Shown: one piece after another, positions 1 to 11,051 of the stretch
Position numbering within the stretch: the stretch's first letter is position 1
Layout of the letters: each line of letters starts with the position of its first letter
NCBI GenBank assembly: GCA_965242725.1
Contig: CBDESZ010000009.1
Coordinates: forward strand, 1 to 64,000
Source: Alkalispirochaeta sp.
GTDB taxonomy: Bacteria; Spirochaetota; Spirochaetia; DSM-27196; Alkalispirochaetaceae
Length of the DNA stretch: 64,000 nt
Direction: 5' to 3'
Position numbers and translations under genes: made by a program
Notes under the pieces: generated by a model
Told to the model about the DNA's origin: nothing
The model's input: the letters and a program-made list of their open reading frames with translations, nothing else
Databases searched by the model: none

Positions 1-684
1 CCGGCGAAACGGGCGAGGAGAGTCTCCCCATTGAGACCGTTCCTGAATGGAACGCCGCGACGCGTCTTGAGTACGAACGGGAACTTCTGGGCTTTTACTT
101 TTCAGGTCATCCCCTGGATGATTACAAGACGGAGTGGAAGGAACGGACGACGGTCAATCTCGGTCGGCTCGATACCGCCCCGGTGGGAGAGGCGGTACAG
201 GTGGTCCGGCCTTCTCAGGACGCTCCGGACCGTTGTGACGAAAAAGGGCGAACGCATGGCCTTTGGATACATAGAAGACTACCGCGGTGAGATTGAAATG
301 GTCGCCTTTCCGGATACATACTCCACCAACGTGGAGACGTTGCAGGTAAACCGGGTGCTGGGATGCCTCGGCAAACTGGAACGACGGAAGGACACCATTC
401 AGCTGGTCCTTGACGAGATCAAGCCCCTGGACGAGCTGGAAGAGCGGGACGCCCGGGCAGTGCACATACGGTTGTGTCACGACGCTCTCTCCGAAGAGGA
501 CCTCTACGCCCTTCGGGGAGATCTGGGTGACTACCGGGGGAACTCCGACATTTTTCTTCACCTGCCGAGAGAAGCCGGTGAGACTGTGGTACGGGCGGGT
601 TCACAACTGCGGGTTTCATCAAAACGGGAGAGCCTTGACGGAATAGCGAGGCTCCCCAACGTGAGTGAGGTATGGAAGGCATGA
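1..684 (+). CDS. dnaE: DNA polymerase III alpha subunit, 3' end (partial; apparent +1 frameshift near 206-207)
   Basis: Frame 3 from the window start reads ...EYERELLGFYFSGHPLDDY (DnaE motif). Frame 1 from 208 reads GLLRTLRTVVTKKGERMAFGYIEDYRGEIEMVAFP (OB-fold) to TGA at 682-684. Confidence 0.9.
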   Translation, partial: PAKRARRVSPLRPFLNGTPRRVLSTNGNFWAFTFQVIPWMITRRSGRNGRRSISVGSIPPRWERRYRWSGLLRTLRTVVTKKGERMAFGYIEDYRGEIEMVAFPDTYSTNVETLQVNRVLGCLGKLERRKDTIQLVLDEIKPLDELEERDARAVHIRLCHDALSEEDLYALRGDLGDYRGNSDIFLHLPREAGETVVRAGSQLRVSSKRESLDGIARLPNVSEVWKA

Positions 685-1271
685 TTCAACAGGTTTTCAG
701 ATTTTTCGGAACGATTATTTCTCTCTATATGATGGTCATATTCATCCGGATCATATTTACGTGGTTTCGGGGAATACACGCCGGCAAGGCGGAGCAGTTT
801 CTCGCTTCCGTTACCGATCCCTATTTGAACTGGTTTCGTCATAATTTTCCCGTACGCCTCGGCGTCCTCGATTTTTCGCCGGTGGTGGGGATTCTCTTTC
901 TCGGCCTCCTCAACACCGTTGCAAATCAACTCGCCTACGCGGGCTCAATCACCCTCGGATTCGTGATTGCCGTCATCGTGTCGGCGGTCTGGTCGGCGGT
1001 GTCGTTTTTTCTCACCCTCTTTCTGATCGTCGCGGTGATCCGCCTCGTCGGCATGGTGGCGAATCTCGATCACGGCGGTCGCTTCTGGATCGTCGTTGAG
1101 CAGATCGTCAACCCCGCATTGCAGGCGACGGTGCGCCCCTTCCTGCGCGGCAGGTTTACCAACTACCGGGATTCCCTGCTCATTTTCATCGGAGTCCTCG
1201 TCGCCGTCCTCATCGGCGGACGACTGGCGGTCGGTTTTCTCTCCGGCCTGATCAGCACCATTCCGATTTGA
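681..1271 (+). CDS. YggT family membrane protein (two YggT-like repeats)
   Basis: FIRIIFTWF...VTDPYLNWFR...LDFSPVVGI motif; hydrophobic; ATGA overlap with dnaE stop. Confidence 0.85.
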   Translation: MIQQVFRFFGTIISLYMMVIFIRIIFTWFRGIHAGKAEQFLASVTDPYLNWFRHNFPVRLGVLDFSPVVGILFLGLLNTVANQLAYAGSITLGFVIAVIVSAVWSAVSFFLTLFLIVAVIRLVGMVANLDHGGRFWIVVEQIVNPALQATVRPFLRGRFTNYRDSLLIFIGVLVAVLIGGRLAVGFLSGLISTIPI

Positions 1272-1296
1272 CCGAACCTTCGGTACGCGGCCGGTC

Positions 1297-3408
1297 ATGG
1301 TACCCGCTGAGGTAACGGAATCCGTCCAGGCGCTGCCGGGCGTCGGACCACGGCGGGCGAAGCTCTTCGCGCGAATCGGCGTCAATACCGTCGCCGACCT
1401 CCTCTATCTCCTGCCCCTCCGCTATGAAGACCGCTCCACGATTCGCACCCTCATAGAAGCGGTACAGAACGAAGAGGGGCTGGTACACGTCCGTGTCATC
1501 GCTCATGATCACTTTCCCCGGGGCCACAAGAAGGTGCTGAAAATCCGCATTGCCGACGAGAGCGCTTCGGCGGAGCTCGTATGCTTCGGACGCAACTTTC
1601 TGAATCGCACCTTTCCCGTGGGGAGTGATCTTCTCGTCTTCGGTCGATTCACCTACCGGTACGGAGAGATTCAGTCGTCAGTCTTCGATGCCCGGAAGAG
1701 TGAAGGAGAGCCCCGCCCGGAAGGATTTCTCCCCATATACCCCCTCACGGAGGGCCTCAGCCAGGGGCACGTACGCAACGCCGTTACCGGGGCACTGAAA
1801 AAGTACGGTCCCCTTCTGACCGACCCGCTTCCGGATGATATTCGCATTGCCGAAGGATTCCCCTCCATCGGCGAGGCTCTGCAGTCGGTTCATCGCCCCC
1901 GGAGGGAAGAGGAGATCGAGCCGGCACTGCAGCGCCTTCGTTTTGAAGAGCTCTTTTACTATCAGCTCGCCATTACCCGCCGTACCCTCGCGGTGAGACG
2001 GGAAACGCGCCGGATTCGGCCGGAACGGACGCGGCGCCTCATGGAAGCGGTCCGGAACGCCCTGCCCTTCAGTCTCACCGGGGATCAGGAGACGGTCCTG
2101 CAGGAAATTACCTCCGATCTCGCAAAACCGTCGCCGATGAACCGCCTTCTCCACGGCGACGTGGGGTCCGGCAAGACGCTCGTCGCCCTCCTCGCCGCGG
2201 TATACACCATAGAACGGGGAGAACAGGCGGCACTCATGGTGCCTACGGAATTACTGGCTCGTCAGCATGCGTGGAATGCCTCCCGCATTCTTGCCCCTGC
2301 CGGCGTCACCGTCGCCCTCGTTCTGGGCGGTATACGGGCACCTGTAAAACACGCCCTGACCGAGGCGGTTTCCGCGGGAGCAGTCGATCTTATCATAGGG
2401 ACTCATGCTCTTTTCAGCAGAGACATGGTATACGCCAACCTGGGATTGGTGATCATCGATGAGCAGCACCGCTTCGGCGTCGATCAGCGTGACGCGATAA
2501 TCTCCCGGGGAACTACGCCGGACCTGCTGCTCATGAGCGCGACACCTATTCCCCGCTCATTGGCGCTGACTGCATTCGGGGAAAGTGATATCAGTACAAT
2601 CACCACATTGCCGCCGGGCAGGAAGGCGGTGGAAACCCACCTGGTCAGAATGGGCAATGAACGGCGGGTCTATGAATTTGTCGGGCGGGAGCTCGATGCG
2701 GGAAAACAGGCTTATTTCGTCTATCCCGCAATCGATGAGGGAAGCGTAAGGGATCTCCGCAGCGCGACAAAGATGGCAAAGTTTCTTGAAAACCGCTTCC
2801 CCGGCTATACAACGGGTCTGGTCCACTCCAGAATGGACGCCGACGAGCGCGCCGCCACCATGAAGCGCTTCAAGGACGGGGACGTTCACGTGCTCGTCGC
2901 CACCAGTGTCGTTGAGGTGGGTGTCGATGTTCCCGACGCGACGTGCATGGTCATTGAACACGCTGAACTTTTCGGACTCGCCGCGCTCCACCAATTACGG
3001 GGACGGGTCGGACGCGGAAACGCCCAGGCATACTGTATTCTCGTCTATCAGGATCCTCTCACGGTGGATGCAAAGGAACGTTTGCGGGTACTCTACAAAA
3101 GTCATGACGGGTTTTTCATTGCCGAAGAGGATTTACGTATCCGCGGTCCCGGCGACCTCCTGGGTACGCGACAGGCGGGGTTTCTTCCCCTCAGGATTGC
3201 CGATATTCGGCGGGATATGGAACTCATGATCAAGGGACGCTCACACATCGCTGCTCTTCTCCGGGATGATCCCGATCTCCGTTCCCCCCGCAACAGGGCG
3301 GTCGACGATACCCTCCGTGCCGTGACGGCCGTCAGGGAGAGAGAAGAAGGGGACGCCACCTATGTCGACACCTCTTCGATGTCGGCGACACGGAAGGCGC
3401 CGGAATGA
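1297..3408 (+). CDS. recG: ATP-dependent DNA helicase RecG
   Basis: LLHGDVGSGKT, IIDEQHRFGV, MSATPIPRSLA, LHQLRGRVGRG, DLRIRGPGDLLGTRQAG. Confidence 0.97.
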   Translation: MVPAEVTESVQALPGVGPRRAKLFARIGVNTVADLLYLLPLRYEDRSTIRTLIEAVQNEEGLVHVRVIAHDHFPRGHKKVLKIRIADESASAELVCFGRNFLNRTFPVGSDLLVFGRFTYRYGEIQSSVFDARKSEGEPRPEGFLPIYPLTEGLSQGHVRNAVTGALKKYGPLLTDPLPDDIRIAEGFPSIGEALQSVHRPRREEEIEPALQRLRFEELFYYQLAITRRTLAVRRETRRIRPERTRRLMEAVRNALPFSLTGDQETVLQEITSDLAKPSPMNRLLHGDVGSGKTLVALLAAVYTIERGEQAALMVPTELLARQHAWNASRILAPAGVTVALVLGGIRAPVKHALTEAVSAGAVDLIIGTHALFSRDMVYANLGLVIIDEQHRFGVDQRDAIISRGTTPDLLLMSATPIPRSLALTAFGESDISTITTLPPGRKAVETHLVRMGNERRVYEFVGRELDAGKQAYFVYPAIDEGSVRDLRSATKMAKFLENRFPGYTTGLVHSRMDADERAATMKRFKDGDVHVLVATSVVEVGVDVPDATCMVIEHAELFGLAALHQLRGRVGRGNAQAYCILVYQDPLTVDAKERLRVLYKSHDGFFIAEEDLRIRGPGDLLGTRQAGFLPLRIADIRRDMELMIKGRSHIAALLRDDPDLRSPRNRAVDDTLRAVTAVREREEGDATYVDTSSMSATRKAPE

Positions 3409-3932
3409 GAATCAGCGGCGGTTCTCTGCGCGGCAAGAGCATCACCTGTCCTCCCGGCGTCATTCGGCCCGCCATGGACCGTATGAGGGAATCCATGTTT
3501 TCCATACTGGGACCGCTCCACGGGACTTCTTTTCTCGATCTGTTCAGCGGATCGGGACTGGTGGGAATCGAAGCGTGGTCCCGCGATGCCCGTCCCGTCG
3601 TACTGGTCGAGCGTGACCGGGGCAAGAAGACGACGATCCAGCGAAATACCGAGGATATGGAACCGCGCCCACTGCTGCGAATTGAGCCGGTGGAGCGTTT
3701 CATACAGCGGAACCGCCAGCCCTACGATATTGTCTATCTCGATCCCCCTTTTGACTACGCCTATAAGAATGATCTCCTCCGCCGCCTCGCCAGGAGTCGC
3801 ACCGTCCATGAAGGAACGCTCCTGATCATCCACGCCCCCGCCGCGGAAGAGCTCGCTCCTCCGGGTGACTTTGTCCTCAAGGATCAACGGACATACGGCG
3901 GATCGCAGCTTTCTTTCTACCGCCGGCCATGA
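3405..3932 (+). CDS. rsmD: 16S rRNA m2G966 methyltransferase RsmD
   Basis: MRISGGSLRG, RPAMDRMRESMF, LDLFSGSG, DIVYLDPPF; follows recG. Confidence 0.92.
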   Translation: MRISGGSLRGKSITCPPGVIRPAMDRMRESMFSILGPLHGTSFLDLFSGSGLVGIEAWSRDARPVVLVERDRGKKTTIQRNTEDMEPRPLLRIEPVERFIQRNRQPYDIVYLDPPFDYAYKNDLLRRLARSRTVHEGTLLIIHAPAAEELAPPGDFVLKDQRTYGGSQLSFYRRP

Positions 3933-3957
3933 CAGACGGACCATAACCTGCTACCAT
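3929..3957 (+). promoter_or_regulatory. putative sigma-70 promoter of hisZ (near-leaderless)
   Basis: ATGACA-N17-TACCAT with extended TG; ATG 9 nt downstream; no SD. Confidence 0.5.
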
Positions 3958-3966
3958 CGTTCGATC

Positions 3967-5043
3967 ATGAAGCAACGGCAGATGCATCGAAGGATGAGTC
4001 TCCCCACCGGCACCGAGACGCTTCGCCTGCGGGAATCGGGTCGTCAGCGGAGAATCGCCCGGCGCCTTGACGATCTCTTTGAATCGTGGGGATACGTACC
4101 TGTAGAAACTCCGCTGGTTGACTATTTTGAAGTCTACCGGAGGCTCCTGACGGAACGGGACATACGACAGATTTATCGCGCCGTGGACCGCCAGGGCGAA
4201 ATTCTTGCGCTCCGCTCGGACACCACCATATTTCTGGCAAAGCAGCTCGGTCTGTACCTCTCCCCGGACGAGCTGCCGGTCCGCGTTCACTACCACGAGC
4301 AAATCGTCCGCGCCGAAGAACAGCACGACATTTCAAGCAACGAGTACCAGCAGGCGGGGGTAGAGCTTGTAGGCGTGCCCGGAAGTGAAGGCGACGGAGA
4401 AATCATCATTCTTGCAACTGAAGCGCTGCGTTCCCTCGGTGTTACCGATGCGGCGGTCCACATCGGATCTCACGGGGTACTCAACGCCATTGTGGAGTCA
4501 CTCTCCATGCCTGAGGAGGAACGGGAGTCCCTCCGGCGGACCCTGCCGTCACTTCTCCAGTCACGCATGTTTGAGGACCCCCTCTTTTCGACGATTCCCC
4601 GCGGCCAGCGTCGTGTTCTGGGCTTTATCGGAACACCCCAGGAGTTTGAGGCGCTCATTGCGGAGGAGCGGGACCTGCCCCGTCCGGTACTGTCGGCCCT
4701 CGGCGACCTTCAGCGTACGGTGCGGCTGGTGGAGCCCCATTTCCCGGAGATTCGCCTCGATTTCTCCGAGCTGGGCGCCCACGGGTACTACACGGGTATC
4801 GCCTTTTCCGTATACCTCCCGCACAGCAACGCGGCGGTCCTGCGGGGAGGACGATATGACCGGCTTCTTGTCTCATTCGGCATCGATGCGCCCTCGGTCG
4901 GCTTCTCCATGTTTCCCCGCAAGCTGCCGGCCCAGACCCTCGCCCTTCCCGGAGAGACGGGCCGCGATGAAGCGGCTCTCTCCGACCGCATTGCCGCGGG
5001 TCGCCGCCTGATCGACCGCCCCGAAAGGAACTCGACAGTATGA
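3967..5043 (+). CDS. hisZ: ATP phosphoribosyltransferase regulatory subunit HisZ
   Basis: HisRS-like motifs (LALRSDTT, EYQQAGVELVG, YYTGIAF, GGRYDRLL) directly upstream of a short hisG; start chosen at ATG 3967. Confidence 0.9.
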   Translation: MKQRQMHRRMSLPTGTETLRLRESGRQRRIARRLDDLFESWGYVPVETPLVDYFEVYRRLLTERDIRQIYRAVDRQGEILALRSDTTIFLAKQLGLYLSPDELPVRVHYHEQIVRAEEQHDISSNEYQQAGVELVGVPGSEGDGEIIILATEALRSLGVTDAAVHIGSHGVLNAIVESLSMPEEERESLRRTLPSLLQSRMFEDPLFSTIPRGQRRVLGFIGTPQEFEALIAEERDLPRPVLSALGDLQRTVRLVEPHFPEIRLDFSELGAHGYYTGIAFSVYLPHSNAAVLRGGRYDRLLVSFGIDAPSVGFSMFPRKLPAQTLALPGETGRDEAALSDRIAAGRRLIDRPERNSTV

Positions 5044-5663
5044 GCACACCCATGACGATCGCCCTTCCAAAGGGGCGTCTTTTCGACAAGACGCGGAAAC
5101 TCCTTGAACAGTGCGGATATCACCTGGAGCTGGGAGAACGGCAGCTTGTTGCCCGTGAAAAAAACGACTCGCTCCAGGCAATTCTGGTGAAAAACTCGGA
5201 CCTTCCCACCTACATTCATCACGGTATTGCCGGTCTCGGGATATGCGGGAGTGATGTGATCTACGAAAGCGGGTATGAGTTTTTTGAACTCCTCTCCCTG
5301 CCGTTCGGCAAGACCAATATCTGCCTCGCCGGAAGAGTTGACGACGGAAACGACCATCGCGCCGCAGCGTCCCTCACCGTGGCGAGCAAGTTTACCCGTT
5401 TTACCGGGGATTACTTTCACGGTCGGGGTATTCCCGTATCGGTAATCAAACTCAACGGCTCCGTGGAGCTTGCTCCCGTCCTCGGATTGGCCCCCTACAT
5501 CGTCGATCTGGTGGAAACCGGCGGTACTCTGCGCGCCCACAACCTGGAAGTGAAGGAAATTCTCGGTGAAACCGAGGTGAAATTAATTGCAAATCGAGCT
5601 TTTTACAAGTATTACTACAAAACAGTGGATGCTTTTGTCGAGGAATTGCGAAGGGTGCTATAA
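5040..5663 (+). CDS. hisG: ATP phosphoribosyltransferase, short form
   Basis: IALPKGRL, KLNGSVELAPVLGLA, IVDLVETGGTLRAHNL; 207 aa. Confidence 0.95.
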   Translation: MSTPMTIALPKGRLFDKTRKLLEQCGYHLELGERQLVAREKNDSLQAILVKNSDLPTYIHHGIAGLGICGSDVIYESGYEFFELLSLPFGKTNICLAGRVDDGNDHRAAASLTVASKFTRFTGDYFHGRGIPVSVIKLNGSVELAPVLGLAPYIVDLVETGGTLRAHNLEVKEILGETEVKLIANRAFYKYYYKTVDAFVEELRRVL

Positions 5664-5672
5664 TAGGAGACT

Positions 5673-6005
5673 ATGGAAGCAGACGACCCGGTAAAGGTAT
5701 CCTCCGCCGGTTTTTTAAAGACAGGCCCGGGGGATCCCGATACCATGGACCGTTCTCAGCGGGCAGCTCTCATCAGAAAGGGAAACGAGCTGTTCAATGA
5801 CGGTCAATACGCGACGGCGCAACGAATATTTCTGACCGTACGATATTCGGACGGTCTGATTCGACTGGGAAATCACCATATGAAACATGGGCGTCCCCTG
5901 GATGCATTTCGGCTCTTCTGGATTGCCGGCGACAGGCGACGCGTCGAAGAAATGACTGAAAAAATGGCGATGATAGTTCGCCGGTGGTTACAAGCAGATG
6001 AGTGA
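5673..6005 (+). CDS. hypothetical helical (TPR-like) protein
   Basis: 110 aa, ALIRKGNELFNDGQYATAQRIF; overlaps next gene by 8 nt. Confidence 0.7.
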   Translation: MEADDPVKVSSAGFLKTGPGDPDTMDRSQRAALIRKGNELFNDGQYATAQRIFLTVRYSDGLIRLGNHHMKHGRPLDAFRLFWIAGDRRRVEEMTEKMAMIVRRWLQADE

Positions 6006-7125
6006 AGAACATCATACGGAAGATCATACATTCGACGACGAAACGAAAGAACGCCTTGCCGTTCTTTCCCAACAGGGATACCAGCTCCTGAAGGAAAAGA
6101 TGTACGCCGAGGCGCGTACAAAGTTCGAAGAAATTCTGGCGGAAGACAAAGAAAACAACTACGCATTGGTCGGTCTTGGTGACCTGGAACGGAAACAGCG
6201 TCACTTTGAAGTCGCCGCCGAATATTACAGACGCTGTCTGGATTTCTACCCGGACAACAACTACGCCATATTCGGCCTTGCCGAAAGCTACCGCGAACTC
6301 AAGCAGTACAACAGGGCCGTTCAATACTGGGAACAGTATCTCCAGCACGACAACGAGAACGTCACCGTCCTGACCCGTGTTGCCGACGCGTATCGAAAAG
6401 CGCGTAACTTTGAACGGTCCCGGGACCTCTACCTCCGCGTCCTGTCGCTGGAGGAAGACAATGCCTACGCCCTCATAGGAATGGGTCACCTCTACTACGA
6501 TTTCAAGCACTATGACCAGGCGCGTCACTACTGGGAAACGATGTACGCCATCAGCGGCGAACGGGTGGACATCCGCGTCCTGACCTCACTCGGCAACTGC
6601 CATAGAAAACTCAAGACCTATGAGTCGGGTGTTCCCTATTTCCTGAAAGCGATAGAGCGGGACCCTAAAAATTTCTACGCCCTCTACGGCCTTGCCGACT
6701 GCTATCGCGGTATGCATCAGCCTGCACAATCTCTCGAGTATTGGCTGCGTCTGCTTGAGCTGGACAGGAACAACAAAGTCATTTTGACGCGTGCCGGCGA
6801 CGCCTATCGTAATCTGGGTGATCTGGAAACGGCTGAGGACTTCTATCGTCGGGCGCTGAATATTGCCTTCGATTCCTACGCCGTACTGGGATTGGCAATC
6901 ATTCACCGTATCAGGAAGGACTATACGTCGGCTATAGCCACACTTGAAGACATCGTCAACGGCGACCCGACAAATGTGCGGGCAACCCTGGAGCTTGCCG
7001 CCTGTTATGAAGAGCAGAAACGCATCCCCGAAGCACTCGCCGTCCTCTCCCGTCACACCCAGGTTGTCCGCCATCCCGCCAAGGTGATACTGCGACGAAT
7101 CGATGATCTCAGGTCGGTGAGCTGA
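5998..7125 (+). CDS. tetratricopeptide repeat protein
   Basis: Multiple ~34-aa repeats (NNYALVGLGD, NNYAIFGLAE, NAYALIGMGH, NFYALYGLAD). Confidence 0.9.
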   Translation: MSEEHHTEDHTFDDETKERLAVLSQQGYQLLKEKMYAEARTKFEEILAEDKENNYALVGLGDLERKQRHFEVAAEYYRRCLDFYPDNNYAIFGLAESYRELKQYNRAVQYWEQYLQHDNENVTVLTRVADAYRKARNFERSRDLYLRVLSLEEDNAYALIGMGHLYYDFKHYDQARHYWETMYAISGERVDIRVLTSLGNCHRKLKTYESGVPYFLKAIERDPKNFYALYGLADCYRGMHQPAQSLEYWLRLLELDRNNKVILTRAGDAYRNLGDLETAEDFYRRALNIAFDSYAVLGLAIIHRIRKDYTSAIATLEDIVNGDPTNVRATLELAACYEEQKRIPEALAVLSRHTQVVRHPAKVILRRIDDLRSVS

Positions 7126-7143
7126 CCCGCAGCGACCTCAGGT

Positions 7144-7178
7144 GGCGCTGCGCAGGCTGCAGAAGCCGGCGCAGCGCC
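7144..7178. terminator. GC-rich hairpin between convergent TPR gene and alaS
   Basis: GGCGCTGCGC...GCGCAGCGCC 10-bp perfect stem plus inner GGCT/AGCC; no U-tract. Confidence 0.5.
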
Positions 7179-7184
7179 ATTCCC

Positions 7185-8972
<1,788 letters not shown>

Positions 8973-8980
8973 AGCTGGCT

Positions 8981-9009
8981 ATGATAGAAAAACAACGTCG
9001 TCAGGTCAA
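8981..9009 (-). promoter_or_regulatory. putative sigma-70 promoter of alaS (near-leaderless)
   Basis: TTGACC-N17-TATCAT, 8 nt before ATG, no SD. Confidence 0.65.
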
Positions 9010-9513
9010 CGAATCAAGTTCTTCCTCACCCTTTTTGTCGAGAAACTCCGGAAAGACGTAGACCATGAGCCCCTCGCGGCTCACCCGTACGTCGGCAAAT
9101 CCCTGCTCAACAAGTTTATCCAGCCCGTCCCGAGCCTTCTCGGCGCTCACTTCCGCGGAAAGGGCGACACGGGCGGGGGTGACGATTCCGTGGCGTTCTT
9201 CAGCAAGGGTGAGTATGGCGTGCTCCAGTGTTCTGGAGCGCTGTCCCGTGTTGCCCGGCGGCGGCTGCAGAGGATCGCCGTAATACGGCTCGTCGTCAAG
9301 CAATCGATCGAGGTGGTCTTCCAGTCGCGCACGGCGTACGATTCTCGGCATCATCAGGGCGTCATAAAAAGTACCGAATCCAAAAAGCCCCATGGTAATG
9401 AGATACAGAAACCCCGTCAGCGGCTTTCCGAGATAAAACCTATGCAACCCGGCGATTCCCGTCAGCGACGGCAACCAGAACAGATACGCCAATCCCAAAT
9501 CCGCTCGTTTCAT
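9001..9513 (-). CDS. TM2 domain-containing membrane protein
   Basis: AYLFWL...GLHRFYLGKPLTGFLYLITMGLFG; ATGA overlap with the fliG-like stop. Confidence 0.85.
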   Translation of the reverse strand: MKRADLGLAYLFWLPSLTGIAGLHRFYLGKPLTGFLYLITMGLFGFGTFYDALMMPRIVRRARLEDHLDRLLDDEPYYGDPLQPPPGNTGQRSRTLEHAILTLAEERHGIVTPARVALSAEVSAEKARDGLDKLVEQGFADVRVSREGLMVYVFPEFLDKKGEEELDSLT

Positions 9514-10697
9514 GTGACCCACTCATCCTCTCCGGGCAGCTGCACCACAATTTCACCTTTCAGGGCCATATCGCGAAGGAGTTTCATGAAATCCGTTGTC
9601 ACCCGGTCGACGTCACTCCTCTTCATTGGCCCGAGGCTCTCCCGCTGCATGAGGATCAACTCCCAGCGACGCTGACTTACCCCGCCCTGCAGACGCTTCA
9701 CAAACTGTTCGCTCTTGCCTTTGATGATCGTTGCAAGATCCACGTCGTCGACACGCTGCAGCACTTTCTGCACGTCCCTGTCGGGAACGTACAATATATC
9801 CTCGGGAGTACTGAGTCGACTCCTGATGTGCTCGGCAAGTTCCGCGCTCACCTCTCCCAGGCTGTGGAGAATCCTGTCGCTGGAGGGGAGATCCATATAG
9901 CGGAGAATTTCGGCAAGTCGCTCCTCTCCGTCGATTTCATCTCCTTCGGGCCGCTGTATCGCTTCCAGCCGCTTCCTCAGCGTCTTTTCCACCGCATCCA
10001 GCACCTCCGGGGCTACGGGGCCCATATTGGCGATACGCTGCACCACGGCGCCTTTCTTTTCCCGTTCCAGGGCGCCAAGCAGTCGCGCCGCCGCATGTCT
10101 CGGCATGTTGGCGCACATGATCGCAATCGCGGGGACACTTTCATTCCTGAGAAGGAAGGAGAGCTGCTTCCCGTCGGCCTCCTCGAGAAAGGCGAATCGA
10201 TAGGGTTTCTCCTCGGGCAGTATCTCGTAGAATCGGCGTTCTCCCCATTCCGGCCCGAAGGCGCGCACGAGAATCTCCCGCGCCGTTTCCGGTCCCGAGC
10301 GCGTTTCTCCCGTCGCGGCGATGGTCCGCATCGTTCGATCGGCAGCACCAAAACGGGTGAGAATTCTCATGGCGTCGTGCCTGGAAATCGGCTCCAGATG
10401 AGCCATCGTGTCCACCACGCGGCGGGCGTCTTCCTCGGGCAGACGCTTCAGGATCGCCGCCGCCTCGTCACGACCTACAAGTGTGAGAAAACCGGCGACA
10501 TCACGGAGCTTCGTCTCGTCCGACACATCCGACGGGCGTACCGTTGCGCCGATCAAACCGTCCTTTCCAGCCGTCCGGCCGGAAGAAGGTGGTGTGCTCC
10601 GGGCGACCTCCTTCAGGAGACCCTGCACTTTTTTGTATGCTCCCGCTGCGCGACGTTGTGCCTCGTCCATCTCCCCCATGATGCGGTACCCGTCCAC
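9510..10697 (-). CDS. fliG: flagellar motor switch protein FliG-like paralogue
   Basis: FliG M/C-domain features: FAFLEEADGKQLSFLLRNE, GEERLAEILRYMD, DRDVQKVLQRVD, GPMKRSDV, GEIVV. Confidence 0.8.
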   Translation of the reverse strand: MDGYRIMGEMDEAQRRAAGAYKKVQGLLKEVARSTPPSSGRTAGKDGLIGATVRPSDVSDETKLRDVAGFLTLVGRDEAAAILKRLPEEDARRVVDTMAHLEPISRHDAMRILTRFGAADRTMRTIAATGETRSGPETAREILVRAFGPEWGERRFYEILPEEKPYRFAFLEEADGKQLSFLLRNESVPAIAIMCANMPRHAAARLLGALEREKKGAVVQRIANMGPVAPEVLDAVEKTLRKRLEAIQRPEGDEIDGEERLAEILRYMDLPSSDRILHSLGEVSAELAEHIRSRLSTPEDILYVPDRDVQKVLQRVDDVDLATIIKGKSEQFVKRLQGGVSQRRWELILMQRESLGPMKRSDVDRVTTDFMKLLRDMALKGEIVVQLPGEDEWVT

Positions 10698-10757
10698 CTC
10701 AGGTCAACATACCGCGGCGTATCGGATGTACTCTCTGCAGAAGGGACGGGCAGCCGG

Positions 10758-10787
10758 TTGACACATCGCCGTCGTATCTGGTACAAA
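10758..10787 (+). promoter_or_regulatory. putative sigma-70 promoter of tRNA-Phe
   Basis: TTGACA-N18-TACAAA (with extended TG) about 16 nt before the tRNA. Confidence 0.5.
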
Positions 10788-10803
10788 CTCTCTCATTCAA
10801 CGT

Positions 10804-10876
<73 letters not shown>

Positions 10877-10879
10877 CAT

Positions 10880-10912
10880 TGCCTTCCTTTTCACAAGGGA
10901 GGCATTTTTTTT
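10880..10912 (+). terminator. intrinsic terminator after tRNA-Phe
   Basis: TGCCTTCCTT...AAGGGAGGCA followed by T8. Confidence 0.85.
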
Positions 10913-10959
10913 ACCCTTTCGGTCTGCTCATATTTCCGCTACATATTTCCATTCATGAC

Positions 10960-10990
10960 AAAAAAAAGGACCGCCCACGAGAGGCGGTCC
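10960..10990 (-). terminator. intrinsic terminator of ppdK
   Basis: GGACCGCC/GGCGGTCC stem with T8 on the minus strand. Confidence 0.85.
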
Positions 10991-11051
10991 CCTGAGTGTC
11001 CTGAGACACTCGATGTTCTATCGCCGATTACAGGCGAAAGATTACGCGCTG

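Noticed and set aside
31..207. N-terminal part of ORF 31..684 as a real protein start
   Set aside because: Non-homologous sequence; the true dnaE coding sequence here is in frame 3
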